This document shows positions 24,597 through 38,474 of a stretch of DNA of 64,000 bases, piece by piece. Source of the stretch: Felis catus. Taxonomy: Eukaryota. The notes beneath the pieces were generated by a model that was given only the letters and a program-made list of their open reading frames with translations, was not told the origin of the DNA and searched no databases. A program made the translations under genes and the position numbers. Position 1 is the first letter of the stretch; each line of letters begins with the position of its first letter. The stretch spans positions 225,000,001 through 225,064,000 of the forward strand of contig NC_058368.1 in NCBI RefSeq assembly GCF_018350175.1, written 5' to 3'.

Positions 24597-27159
24597 AGGA
24601 ACTATTCTAATGAGTATACTTGATGGAAAGGATGACTGTGGAAGATATTGTAAAAAAAATAATAATAAATTATATATATATATATATCTAATATATATGT
24701 GTGTGTGTATAGTCACTTAAAAATATACAGAATTGGAGAAATAAAGAGGTGAGGCTCACAGAAAGAAGAAAGAAGCTGAATTTGCCATGAGAAAATAAAT
24801 CAAGTTTGGCGATCGGGTCAAGTCCTACCTAATGAGCAGCTGACCCAATCCAAGAAGTGTCCAGCAGAAAAAAGGCACTCAATGAACTGTTTCTGGAACC
24901 AAACATTCTTTTCTTCAAACGTTTAAACAAAAGCTGCAGTTACAGCTTCTGGTCACAGTTAACCACATGCTTTCTTTCTCCATTTATAAACCCCCCAGCA
25001 ATCTATTATTTATGGTTTGGGCTTATTTAGAACCAGCTCACTAAAATGTTATTTGTGAAGAGATATTCGATGCTCAAGAGGATTTGTGAGCCTTTTTAAA
25101 GGATATTTATTGTTAGAATTCATGGGGCAATGGGGGTGCCAAACCTATAAACACCCCAGACCTCCAGTCTAAACTTAGCGTCAGGTCTTTCCATCTCAAA
25201 GCGGCCTTGAAGTTGGCGAAGTGTCCGCCTCTGCCTTGAGTCTTGGTTCACGTCCAAAATAATAAATATTAATATATATTCAGCAAAATTTTACCCTAGA
25301 GGAGATATTGAATTCGGTCTGTGGGGTTGGAGCCATACGCCTTATTAAAGCAACCGAAATACCAACGTTGGTACCAACTCCAGGTGAAGTTCTCTGCCCC
25401 TGTTGAATGCACAGTTGACAGCAGAAACCCAAATGCAAACATACGGTTCCTAGCCTGGCTATTGAATCAAATCCTGACAACCCCATGTTTGGTTCATCTC
25501 AAAATACACATTCACAACTACTAATATATTGTCGATATCACCAGTCTACCGACTGTGCTCCATAACTGGTTTGGAAACCGGCAGTAAGTTTTACTACAAA
25601 CATTTTAATCTGTCGCTATCATTATTTATTACAGTGAAAGTTATTAGCTTCATACAATCAGATCAAACCTCAAAAGTACAAGAACATCCAGAGTCTCTTA
25701 ATCCCCCAAATAGGAAGTGTCCCAAGTAGCCAATTATCATGTTTTCTGCGTGCCAGTGAAATGCCATTTCCAATTAAAAAAAAAAAAATACCCAAACTCT
25801 GTTTATTCCAGATCACGAATCCAGTATTAAATATCAGCCCATCTGTGTACTATGTTATTGTTTGTATATTTCTAATGAGCGTCACTGCCTTACTCACCTA
25901 TTTATGCCCGTGTCTGGTCATCCCGTTATTAACTCCATTTCCAAAATATTCTCTGTGTTGGTACCGTTTCAAAATGTCCTAATTAATGCTATTTGCTTCT
26001 GCATCTTCCTCATTAAAATGAATAGAGACGTGAGGTTCAAGATCAGGACTGGAGAAGGCAATTTGGCAGATAATTTTCCCCAAATGGCAATTTCTTTTGC
26101 CTGTCAATGTAAAAGAGACCTTGCTCTTCCTCCCACATTATCCTTCCCCTTTTGCGGGACACGGCGTCCTGTGCACTTATAAACAGAAGTCATACATAAC
26201 TTTGGTTTTCTTGACAACATTACCTTCTGTGACCATTCCATTCTCAGGAATGAAACCTGGTTTGGTAGATCTCTCTCTCCTTTCAAGTAACTGGGAAAAT
26301 ATTTAGAAGCCAAGAATCGGTGAGTATGGCCACAAACATGATGAGTTTAGAAGGGCCGGGGGGCTTTCTAACCTCTGCTTCTGTCACTCCAGTCACTAAT
26401 GATTGCAATCACTTTAAAAAAGGAACATGCTTGTATTCAACAGGTAGGTGAAAGCTTACATTTTACTGCACTGGAAAGGAATAGCGCCAGTGCCTTAACT
26501 CGCAGGAGAGAGATTATTACCCGCACCTGTATGGTGCCAGGTTCCATCGCTCTAGCGTAAAACGAAACGCACCCATCACAAAGGATCTAATTTAGAAAAT
26601 TATGAAACCCCCCCAAACCTGGCTGGTTTTGGCAAAAGCCAGCCCTCAGAACAAATACACCGTTCGACTGGAACCCAGATAAATGGACCTGGTCTTATGG
26701 CATTTGCTACTGTGATACCCGTCCCTGAGGCCCCCTGGTCACCACAAGCTGCATCAGCGTCACTGTGCTCAGAACAACCTGCTTCATCATGGGAATCGCC
26801 AGACTCGTCAAGCTCTCCATAGGCCGCAACTGAAAAGAATATTCTATATGCTCCATTCTGTATTCACATGCCCCAATGGACAACAATATGATTCAGTGTT
26901 CCATGCACCACTGCAAGTGTGAGGCCATTAAACAACAAAACCTTAGTGAAGCAGAAAACAGATGGCCTTTAATCTCAGCTCCCGGGGCCAATAGGATGTT
27001 TGATCTCCAGAGTGGGGGAGGCACCCCAGAGGACACAAAGCAATTTATGGGACTGGAAGGGAAGAGCACGAGAACATCTAGTTTTAGTTATCTCGACCCT
27101 TTAAAATTCTGTTACCTTTAAAAATTCTTTTTGTAATGTACACAGTAATTTACATGCAT

Positions 27160-27266
27160 TATATATACATATATATGTATATAATAACTATATATGTATA
27201 TGTACATACATGTATATAATATACATGTATATAATAACTATATATGTATGTGTACATACATGTATG
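27160..27266. repeat. (TA)/(TATG) microsatellite with an internal duplication of about 50 bp
   Basis: ATGTATATAATAACTATATATGTAT(A/G)TGTACATACATGTAT occurs twice. Confidence 0.85.
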
Positions 27267-27776
27267 TGCAGGCTATAGATGTGTATGACGATTAGGTTTG
27301 GGGCCCATGCCCACGGCATAAGAGTCCGAGGGCAAACGTCAACCCAAACCTCTTTTCCCGTCAAAATTCAAGACGTTTGCAAACCCGCTCCCACCACAAT
27401 ATTTCAGGGCACTTAGGCACATTTTGGGGGAGGCATTCTGTGCCATTTGGTTTTTTGGTTTTTTTCCAGAGCAGTTCTCAGGGTGACTATGCCAGGTGAG
27501 AAAAGAACAACACTCCCAGCTTTGCACAGGATTTTGAACTGGCAAATAAGAACAAAAATGGAGACGTGTGAAAGCAGTTAGTGGACGACTGTATCAAGAG
27601 GAAGGTACGACGGAAGAGGGCGGGAGAGCAAATTCAACCTCTGGGTCATTGTAACCAGAGAAAAACTATGTTGCTATCAAGCTGATATCAATAGTACCAG
27701 GAATCTACTAGATTAATGTGGGACACAGACACAGCCAAGGTGTATCAGCGGATGATTCAAACAAGCAAAACAACCC

Positions 27777-27810
<34 letters not shown>

Positions 27811-28393
27811 GACTAGGTCAAAATCAGCACAAATATCCTAACCTAGACATCCTTTTCAGGGGCGCTCAACACCAACCTACGTACAGTGCTATCAGAATAT
27901 CACGCCCTCGTTCCCCGCAGCACTCGTAGGGGGTCGATGTTGACGTTATTAGGTCCATCGCCTGTGACTCATTTTCCAGTAATATCAGTTCTGATAAAAA
28001 AAAAATGTGGCCAGATTCAGAAGAAATTTCAAGTGCAATTAAAAGATATTTGAGCCCGTTGGCCCCCAGTCACATTCTTAGACACGGGGCATTTCTTGGT
28101 GAATACTTTCTGACGGAGGTTCCTCAACATGTGACAGGGTCACATCTTAGAGAGCAGCCATGAAGCTTGATGAAATGTCATTTTAAAAATGTGTTTTGCC
28201 CTACTGTGTCATTCTATACTCTGTGATGCTAGGCTGGTGTACATATTATTGATTTTTGTCATAATTAGGCCACATGCAACCCTAGAGTTTTGCCATCTCA
28301 CGTCATCATTGTTTTTTAGTTCAAATTCAAGTCCGTTAACATACAGTGTATTCTTGCTTTCGGGACACTTCAACATTTCTTCATGATCTAAAC

Positions 28394-28950
28394 CAGGGGG
28401 TTGACAAACCAACCTGCAAGCCAATGCTGTTCTGCCACCGGTGTTCATGTGGCCTGCAAAGGAAGAATGGTTTTTACATTTTTTAAAGTTTATTTATGAA
28501 TTTTAAGAAAGAGAGAGAGAGCGAGCAGGGGAGGGGCAGAGAGAGAAGGACATGAGAATCCGAAGCAGGCTCCGCCCGGTCCGCACGGAGCCCAACGCGG
28601 GGCTTGATCCCATGAATCGTGAGATCATGACCTGAGTCGAAATCAAGAGTCGGAGGTTTAACCGACTGAGCCACCCAGGTGCCCCAGTTTTTACATGTTG
28701 AAATGGTTTGGGGAAGAAAAAGCAAAAGGAAAGTATGTTATGATATGTAAAAACTATATAAAATTAAAATTGGCCAGGGTCCATTAATAAAGTTTTATTC
28801 GACACAGTTGTGCCCTGTACTTCGCCCAATATCTATGAATTCTTTCACATTACAACAGCTGAGCTGAATTCCTGTAATACAGACTGATGGCCCCCAAGCC
28901 TAAAATATTTACTCCTTGGCTTCTTACTGAAAAAGCCTGCTGACCCCCAG
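28394..28950. mobile_element. hAT-Charlie MER58B-like element interrupted by a CAN-SINE
   Basis: Terminal inverted repeats CAGGGGGTTGACAAAC ... GCCTGCTGACCCCCAG. Internal AAGCCTAAAATATTTACT. Confidence 0.75.
28478..28685 (-). mobile_element. CAN-SINE nested in MER58B
   Basis: Canonical SINE. TSD GTTTTTACAT on both sides. Confidence 0.95.
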
Positions 28951-29405
28951 ACTAAGTGGACTGAAATCTGAGATCATGATTTTTCACCCCTTATTTCAAG
29001 TCTGGCTGCACCGGCCTTTTTAAAGCCTATTTGAGCCTTTTAATAATTTTTCAAAGGAGATGTATTCAGAATGGCTTTCCTGTGATTAGGCAGGAAAAGA
29101 AAGGTAGATTTATCTTATATATCTAGATCTATTCTAATTGCCCATGTGGGTCATTTGTTCTAATGCCCGCCTTTACTTTAATTAATCTTAGTGGGTAATT
29201 AGGATGCTAATTTATCCCACAATTGTGACCCTGCAGCACTTTATCTGATACATCCACAAATGTACCTGAGCCAGACCTGCTGATTTAAGTCTTATCCAAA
29301 TGAGCTTAAGGACATGTTAAAATAGAATTAGATTGGCAGAGGAGATATTTTGTCCCCCTCTGAACACTGGTACGTCTGTCTCCCTTTTCCAAAATAGTAT
29401 TCACA

Positions 29406-29610
29406 GGGGCACCTGGGTGGCTCAGTCAGTTAAGCCTCTGACTTCGGCTCAGGGCATGATCTCATGGTTTGTGAGTTTGAGCCCCGCATCAGACTCTGTG
29501 CTGATAACTCAGAGCCTGGAACCTGCTTCGGATTCTGTGTCTCCCTCTCTCTCTCTTCCTCTCTTCTGCTCACACTCTGTCTGTCTCTCAAAAATAAATA
29601 AACATTAAAA
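29406..29610 (+). mobile_element. CAN-SINE
   Basis: TSD AAAATA(G/A)TATTCACA. Confidence 0.95.
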
Positions 29611-30181
29611 AAAATAATATTCACACAAGGGCCGGGAAGTCCTAGATCAAGGGCACTTTCAGAAATACTAGTAGCATGAAACTATTCCAGAAAAAAACAT
29701 GGCTCTTCACTTTGCACATTACCTAAGGGGACAGCAGACTGTCACACAGCAACTCTATCTTCTTAAAAAAAAAAAAAAATCACAAGGGACAAAAAATGGC
29801 AACAAAACAAACAAGATGCGATTAAACATGTAGCATAGATGTGGGATTTGTGTCTTTTCTCTTTATGATTTCCATCTCGCCTTTGATTTTTCCCTTCCTG
29901 GAATGTCCTCTTCTCTTTCTCTCCCAGCCAAGTGCTGCTTCAGGCCAGAGCTCACGTCACTGCCATAAAGATGTCTTTTCTCTGTCATACCGAAGCACAC
30001 TGCATATGTCCCTATGAAAACACTTGTCACAGGATATTTCAGCTACTTTTTGCTGTGTTGCCTTTTTAATTTTTCTGTTTCTTTAGTTGGATGATTAGCT
30101 TTTTAGAAGAGGACCCATGTGTTCTCAATACCAGCCCAGTGTCGGGTGCATAAGTGCTCAGTAAAAAGTAGTCAAAGTGTT

Positions 30182-30410
30182 GGGGTGCCTGGGTGGCTCC
30201 GTCGATTTAGCGTCCAACTTCGGCTCAGGTCATGATCTCATAGTCTGTGGGTTCGAGCCCCAGGTCGGGCTCTGTGCTGACAGCTCGGAGTCTGGAGCCC
30301 GCTTTGGATTCTGTGTCTGCCTTTCTCTGTGCCCCTCCCCTGCTCATGCTCTGTGTCTCTCTGTCTCAAAAATAAAAAAAAATAAAAAATAAAATAAAAA
30401 CATTAAAAAC
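30182..30410 (+). mobile_element. CAN-SINE inserted at an L2 3' end
   Basis: TSD AAAGTAGTCAAAG. An L2 tail-like GTGCATAAGTGCTCAGTAAA lies just upstream. Confidence 0.95.
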
Positions 30411-31346
30411 AAAGTAGTCAAAGCGATTTAACTTTTTTCTCTTTTACAATCTTAAATATTTCTTTCCAGGATCAGCCATTCCTCATTATCATTCCCACTT
30501 GTGACACATTGATTCGACCCTACACAAGGCAAATATTCAGGCATAAAATGGAAAAACTGATGTGTTTCAATGAAGTAATTTATCATTAAAAGATGAAAAT
30601 TCTACTTATAGTCCCACAGTGGTTAATTGTGAGAGGAAAACCATCTCTCTCTTCCCACCCAAGTCCCAAACCCCCCCCAACCCCCCCTCCCCGCTGGAAG
30701 TAAACACCTTGGTAGGAAAGCCTGAGACATCCGCGGCCCTTTCAGATACCACCTAGCGCTGCTTAGGAATGACAATGACCTCTCTCCTAGGTGCTATGTA
30801 TCTGGGGAGAGCCTGTGCCCGCCCACCACAGAGGTGAGACTGTCGGCTCCCAGCCCCACACAGCCAGCGGAAGCTGAGAAGACCCTTCTCCTAAGCCCTT
30901 GACTCTCCAGGGAGTAGCACAGGATTTGAGGATGGAATGTAGACTGTTGGCCATCGTGACTGTGTCTACACTGCTCCGGCCAGGTGACTCCGGCTGCAGT
31001 TCCAAATCCCAGAGTTGTGGCTTCTCCTGGTTCCTGGCCATTTTTCAGATCCAGACTTCCAGCCTTTCTCTGATTCCCTAGCAGTATTTGTCCAAAAAAT
31101 TCCTAGGGTGACAGGTGCTGCCTTCTCTGGCTTACAAAAACAGTCCTGAGTGATAGAGGTGGCATGAGACAAGGCTATGCAGGCTAAGCTCGAGTCGAGC
31201 TGAGTACGGGAAAATGCCAATATATTTCGAGAAGGATAATAATAACAATTAATTTTTAATAGTTATTATTTATTACTTTGTATTTTATTATTATAGTTTA
31301 TATATAGTAACCCTTTACTACATGGCATTTAATCCTCACAAAAACC

Positions 31347-31606
31347 TTTTTTTTTGAGAGAGAGAGAGAGAGAGAGAGAGCTCAAGTGAGCAAGGGGCAG
31401 GGAGAGAGAGATTGGGAGAGACAGAGAGAGAGAGAGAGAGAGAATCAGGGATCACCAGAAGTGGGGTTCATGTTTACCCCAAGTGGGACGTGTGCTCACC
31501 TAACGTGGAGCTCGAGCTGGCCTAATGTAGAACTTGAACTCACAAACCGTGAGATCATGACCTGAGCCAACGTCAGATGCCTAACAACTGAGCCACCCAG
31601 GTACCC
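31347..31606 (-). mobile_element. Atypical CAN-SINE with a reiterated internal unit, nested in a MIR
   Basis: Normal head but several copies of a GTGGGG..C(T/G)..G..CTCACC-like unit. TSD AATCCTCAC(A/C)AAAACC. Confidence 0.85.
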
Positions 31607-31607
31607 A

Positions 31608-31765
31608 AATCCTCACCAAAACCCTTCGACGTGAACTAATTCCCATCATTATCATCTTCCGTGGATAAGAAAATGAAGGCCACGCAGAGAAAGGATAAAT
31701 CAGTGGTGTAGGGTCATATGGCTCATAAGTGATGGAGGTTGGCTCCCAATCTACACAATCTGTCT
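31608..31765 (-). mobile_element. MIR SINE
   Basis: GATAAGAAAATGAAGGC...GGTCATATGGCTCATAAGTGATGGAG, MIR core in antisense. Confidence 0.6.
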
Positions 31766-33844
31766 TTATACTATTCATTCTTAATAATAATAATAATAAT
31801 AAAATAATAATAAATATAACTATTATTATGAATACCTGAAATTTATTATGCATTTACCATGTATAAGCACTGATAATTTATTCTTCACGATCTTAAATAC
31901 TTTATGAAGTCCCTTCTAATCTTATAAGGTATATTCCTTGTTTTACAGATAAGAATCCTGAAAAATAATAAGATTAAATGACTGGCCCAGTTTAGTAATT
32001 GGCAGAATCAAGGTCTGAGTCCAACCAGCCCCCACCCATACACACCCACCGGCCATGAGGGACTCCCAGACAGCTTTGCCACTGCGAAGACGCAAGCTCT
32101 AAACCTACACTTGCACAAACTAGCTACGTAACTTTAAATGTAATTTAGTTTCTTCACCTGTGAAATGGAAATCTCATTAACAACAACTAACATAACTTAC
32201 AAGGTGTTTGTTTATGGAAGAACAATACGATGAGATTTTCAAGTGTTTTGCAAACTGCGATTGGTGTATACAGTTGTTGGATTTATTGTGACCCGTTCGT
32301 TTAGAACCCTGGAAAGCGTTGCCACTCTATTTACTGTTGTTGGGTCGGGAGTACCAAAAAGATGTGTATGCATGGCGAGATCTATTTATGAAACATCACT
32401 GAGTGCATTTTAGAGAGCTAGAACTTTCCAGAATGCCTCATAAAGCTCTCACAACAAAGAATAATCCTGCACAGAATGTCAATAGTGCCAAGTATGAGAA
32501 TCCCTGGTTAAGCTCTTACATTGTTGTCATGTAGAACTTTGTTCCAAAAGAGATTTTTGGCTGAGAACAGTGCATTTCTGTTTTGCTTTGTGTTTTTTTT
32601 TTTTTTCCTGAAATGGCATCTGGAGATTTTAAAGGACACATAGCCACTTGAGCTGCATGTAGATAATTGCGAATTACCCAACATAATTGCTTTTATGCAG
32701 GACTTCTTGCCCAAATGACTAGATACACATGCTACAGATAAATCACTTGATACACGATATCAAATTTCAGTCAGGCAAATTGAAAGGAAATTCAAGTGGG
32801 AAAATTATTGTGTCTTTCTGAAACATTAGAACAAACACCAAAATATTTCCTAATGACTCCAAGATGAAGGCGGGGAGGGGGGGGGCTGGGTGGGGGGCGT
32901 CAGGTGAAGGGAGAGGAATGAAAATATTTCCCAACGTTATCCCTGAAAAGCAAGAGAGGAAAGCTCGCCCTGTCAATGCTAAGATTCCACTCCTAACCCA
33001 AGAGCAACTGCTTTTGTTCCAACCCCCATTTGTTCTCTCAGTACACACATTACAAATGATCAACACTGCGACTGAAACTCAGAGAGAGTGTGCATCACAC
33101 TGACTTCCTCTTCTCAGCCCTACATGGGATACAGAACTGCTGTTGAGATACTGATGATGCCACCGCTGTCCTTGGTCCCGAGTCTCAGTTTCTCCATCCT
33201 CGTCCCCAGAGATAGGATTGGCCCCAAGGCCCGTTTCAGCCCTGATGTGTGTTAATGTCCGCAACTACTTAGACCATTAGCAGTTACCTACTAAGGCTAG
33301 GTTCCCAGACGAGTTTCTGAGTATACATAGGATGAGCCCACAGTTCACTGGGTACACATACTTCCGCTAAAAACATACAAAAGCAAAATAATTCTTCCAT
33401 GTCTTAAAACCTGTAACTATGTCATGTAAATGTCAAGTAAGCATCAACATAATGTGGAAGTTATGTCGGAGATGGACATTGCATGATTAACCTCCTCATT
33501 ATCCACCTATATCATATCATATTGTATACCTATAAGATGGGTTAAAATATCTTAAAGCCTTTCTTAAAAGAAAAACATGATATTCTCTTAAAGCAGTTAA
33601 GTACTGACACTAACAAAATTTGTAATAAGAAAGATAGAGTATCATACAATATCTTAAATTTTATTTATTTGGAAATGTGGTTGTAAACAAAAATTGTATT
33701 TCTTTTTTCTAAATAAGACGCTGCCAGCTTCGTTGTCTGATATTAGCTTTCATGTAACTATTTCCTAGGTCTGTGGAATCATTCTGTAGAATAATATGAA
33801 AATTAGTAATGGGGGCTCCTTGCAGAAGACTACCACCTTCCAAG

Positions 33845-34010
33845 CCTGGCTCTGACATTTCTTAGCTATGTGATCTTGGACTTTCCTTAATCTTCTCCAT
33901 CTTAATTCTTGTATCTGCGAACTTGGGATAATAATAGCAATTCCTAGGTTGTCGTGAGGATCCAGTGTTTTGTGAAAAGTGATGAGAACCATCCCAGGCA
34001 CATAGGATTT
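33845..34010 (+). mobile_element. MIR SINE
   Basis: CTTAGCTATGTGATCTTGGAC...GGGATAATAATAGC...GGTTGTCGTGAGGAT. Confidence 0.7.
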
Positions 34011-36399
34011 AATCATATAGTAGTCGTTGTAGTATGGTAACAGCATTATTACCATTCACATTAGCATTTATATTTTCAATTCCAGACATCTTTCCTCGCT
34101 GTCAGACCTTTGCTTCTGTTGCTAATACCTCTTATAAGATCATGCCCTTCAGACATTGTTGTCCATATCTAGTGAATGCTATAGGAATCACTGTCTCTCC
34201 CATGTTGGTTTCAACCAACATGGAAACGGGCTCTTTTTCATTCCCTACTAACAAGGGAAAATAGGTGACAAATTTCAATAGGTTATGCTGGAGGTCAGAG
34301 ACCATAGATGGGGGTACAGAGTAGGAGGGACAATTTATGGCTCAGAGACCAGGAAGCCTCCTTCACTTGAACAGTGATATCACTGCTCCCATTACACATC
34401 CAACATTCCCTTCACTGGATCTACTCCAGTAGATCAACTCTACTCTATCCAGTGAAGATAGATCTTCACTGGATCTACTCCAGACATCTTCATGCTTTAG
34501 AGTCTCGTATCAGACTCACTCCTAATCCCTAAGTAAAGAGATGCTTCTTACCTCACCTCTGTTTTACGTCCTTCTCTCCAGTCCGTCTTTCAAAATGACT
34601 GGCAGCAGAACATTAAGTGCCCATGGGTAGCCTGGTAGTGGAACGGCCTAACCCTATAAACTCAAAAACATAGGTAACATTTCCTGTTTAAACTACCACT
34701 CTCCGAATGTAGAATAGATTCAGATAAAACTGGCGAAATGGGTCAATTTAGAAGAAAGAAACACTTCACTTTCAAACTCTTGCTACTTGGTATCCAAGTC
34801 CATTCAGGACACACAAAAAAAATGAAATAATTCACATTGGTCTGTGTTATCTGAACTTACTGCTGGAACTCTCACTATCTCACCTTAGAAACTGAGTAGA
34901 GCTTATTTATTTTTTTCATTTGAAACTGAATAGATTTTAATAGCAAGGGATAAATGCATCATAATAATAGAATAGTTTAAAAGTTGGTATATGTCCTTGA
35001 ATCTGGATTTTTCATTCCTAGCTATGTTCTCTTCATTAAGGTAGACTATACAAATTCACTTAACGAAGCTCGTATGCTGTAATATACAACTCTAGAAAAA
35101 AAAAAAAAGAGCACACCAGGAGGGAGAGAGAAAAAGAGAGGAAATATAAAAAAGAATAGGCCCCTAATGCTTGTTGTCTTTGGTTAAATGAGCATCATTT
35201 TGAATCGCTACTTCCTTGTGAATAAAAAGCTAAAAGTGATCAAATATGATATGTCATAATATATGCTCCCATTCTTTCAAATGCTTGTATTTCCTTCATG
35301 TCCTTAGAGAATAAAGATTAGAAACAACATCTGAAGCCAAAAACAAATCCTTAGTTAAAAAATCTTTCTAGTTAATTTTATTTTTCGGATTATATGTTTT
35401 AGCAGACTCTGTCAAAATTAAGGTTTGGATTTACGCCATGTTTTGGATTCTTTCAATGTAATCACAAAACTACGTCGATCTAAGAATGAATATGGAAGAG
35501 CCCCATTTTGTTGAAATTAGCTAAAACACACACCATTAAAATATTTTTTAATAATTCTTTTCAGTAGTTAAATCATAGAACTAATGTATATTCATGTGTG
35601 CATGAGCCATGGGACAAGAATAATTAGTAGTACCAGCAGAAACCATGGCCATCGCAAACCTTCTGCTCTCCTCTGAGCCAAGTGATTCTTAGGACTCAGC
35701 CCCTTGAGTAAGTGGGAGGATTGGCCAGCTTAAAGACAGTGAGTCAGATGGGAAATAAGCATTCACATCCCTGGGAAGGAGCACAGACCATGTAGAACAG
35801 ATGCCCACACAGATGGAGGGATAGGGGACGGCCAGTGACCAAAGTATTCAAGGGGCTTTGGGGTCTCTTGGACACAGTAAGCTAATTGAACACAACATTA
35901 GAAAAATAAGCAACAGAATAGAAGCATAACACCTGTGCAACCGTAGACAGTTCATTTAACCCACACAATCCCATTTCTCACTAGTTCAGTAAGGAAGTTA
36001 CACTAGATAAACTGTGACCCTCTTCTGAATTGTAAAATTCAACAATTCTGTACAAAGCACTTCCTTTTACTCATCGGTGCAGAAAAGCTGTCAACTATAT
36101 TGGTTAGTAGAGGAAAATGGTGAAGTAAAAGATAAAAAATCATCTCTAATGAGCTTCGATTGTCATCGTATGGGGGCATTGATGGCAATAACTTCCTATT
36201 ATGTTTTAATGACACTGTATTGTGAATTAACAATTTCATGCCAAGGATGAATTGGAAAAGATAATAGGCAACCCAGAAACAAATGAGGAAGAGAAACTAA
36301 AAAGAATAAACAAATCTATCTTTGCATAGCAGCCTTCTCATAAGTCATTATAAAAATCCATCAAATATGAGCTGCTTTATCTTGAGCCACTGACCTTTA

Positions 36400-36610
36400 A
36401 ATGTTTTTAAACATTTATTTATTTTTGAAAGACAGAGACAGAGCACAAAGAGAGGAGGGGCAGAGAGAGAGGGAGACACAGAATCGGAAGCAGGCTCCAG
36501 GCTCTGAGCTGTCAGCCCAGAACCCTAAGTGGGGCTCAAACCCACAAACCATGAGATCACGACCTGAGCCGAAGTCGGATGCCTAACTGACTGAGCCACC
36601 CAGGCGCCCC
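36400..36610 (-). mobile_element. CAN-SINE
   Basis: TSD GCCA(C/T)TGACCTTTA. Confidence 0.95.
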
Positions 36611-38474
36611 AAGCCATTGACCTTTAGATGTTGCCCATTCTGTGTTGATAAAAATTCATTCATTTATAAATAAGCCAGTATTTCTTGAAGCATTCTGCCA
36701 TTATTGCTTCATTAGCAATGAAGTGGAAATGAAAACAGTTGCTAAAAGGGTTTCATGTAAAAAGAAATAGATAATGTTTTCTAAGTTCCCACAAATTCAA
36801 TCTAAAGGTATAGTTTCAAGATCATAAAGTAAAGCTAGATGACATCAATTTAGGCCGATGAAAATTATTACTATCATATCCATTTCTTTGAACTCCATTT
36901 ATGTAACCAATATGTTATTAGTCTACTGATCTTCTGTCCTGAGGTCACAGAATGTGTTTGAATTTGTGCCATTTAAAGAACAGAGGTTAGTCTTTCCACT
37001 TTCATAAAGGTTCTTGTAGAATTATTTGTTCTCTGAGTCTCCATTTGTTACCAATTCTTGAAAACAAGTTAGATTATGTCAGCTGTTGGTTTTCATTGGC
37101 TGTAACCAAACAAGTCATACAGAATGTGGGCTCCTTGTGGGACACTGCGATAAAAAAAAATAATTGCCTTTTGCTTCTTACTTTGTAGTAGAAATGCACA
37201 CATTATTAATTGAACTACTTTGACATTGTACTTTATGTTATTTAAATTGTTATCATTTGGGCACACGGCCTTCTCCTGAGCTGGCTGCAAATGTGTTCCG
37301 TGCAAGCCGTAGGTGCTAACAAAATTCATTTTCTGGAAGGAATGAAAGCACACGCAATACGTCATCGTTTCTTTACCGGTATTAGAGCCCGAGACACATA
37401 CCTGAGCGAGGGACGGGAAGAAGGGCCAGGTGTAAGGCAAATAATTTCCTGGAAGCTCAGAGGGCTTCTTTCAAAATGTAAGGAAAAGGACGAAAGTTCT
37501 GAGGAGACAAATACATTTCAACCAGGTCATTTTCTTCTGTTCTTTCTTCGGTGTCTGGATGACTTAACTAACAACTTTGTTTTTCTTGATCTGTTCCTTA
37601 GGATGCCTGCAGTGTTAACTTTACAGGTACTTGAAGCAAAATGTTCAGAGTCTCGTATAATTCTGCACAATTTCATTTTACTTTGTCACCAAACAAGTGT
37701 CTACTGTGCATAGTTAGACCCCGAAAAGTCTTTCCAAATATCCTTCTCTGACTTTGCTCCCAGAGAAAAAAGTGTCATGGTAGACGAAGCAGAAAAAGAA
37801 AAAATCCTTTTGAAAATTCTTCAAACGCCAAACACCGCTGACAAGTTTCATCTAAAGGTAAAGAAAAATAATTGGAGGCATAATACGTCAGTTTCTCCGA
37901 TCGCGCTTCTATTTAGCAAAGTCCTTTCCCCTCTGGTGCTACTAAAGGAGTAAGCTCCATTCAGTATTTGTTGATGCAGGATACACTGGTGGGAGCTGAT
38001 CAGAAGCCTTTCATGAATATCTTGAATATCAGATTGTTTTTAAGACAGTGCTGGTCACCAACGGAAAGAGGTCGACGAGGGCTCCTGGGTTTCTCTCCTG
38101 CAATGCTACAATCACCAGACTGTTAACACGGAAAGAGGCTTCGGATTGAATTCAGCTCTGCATACAAGAAGGCAAAAATAGTTACACATCCATTCACACG
38201 TACAGTTGTGTACCTGTGCTGCAAACCAAATCAAGTCTTTGACTTTAAAGGCGCACAGAACCCCCTTTGCCTAGTGCGTTCATTCAAAGAAGATGTGGCA
38301 ATATCCTAGCAACAGGATTCAGTGAATGAGCTAGGCAGAATCAAACTGCAAGAACATCCACACACAGCTGCCAAGGAAATGATGGGACTCCTCAGCCTAC
38401 ACCACTATCCAGCACATCGGTCAGGCTCGCTAGATTCTTACACCTCGTTCGCTTAAGAATGCTCATCACTGCAT

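Noticed and set aside
26248..26319. AG/GT-flanked 72-nt segment as a coding exon
   Set aside because: Stop codons in all three frames from the 26247 acceptor.
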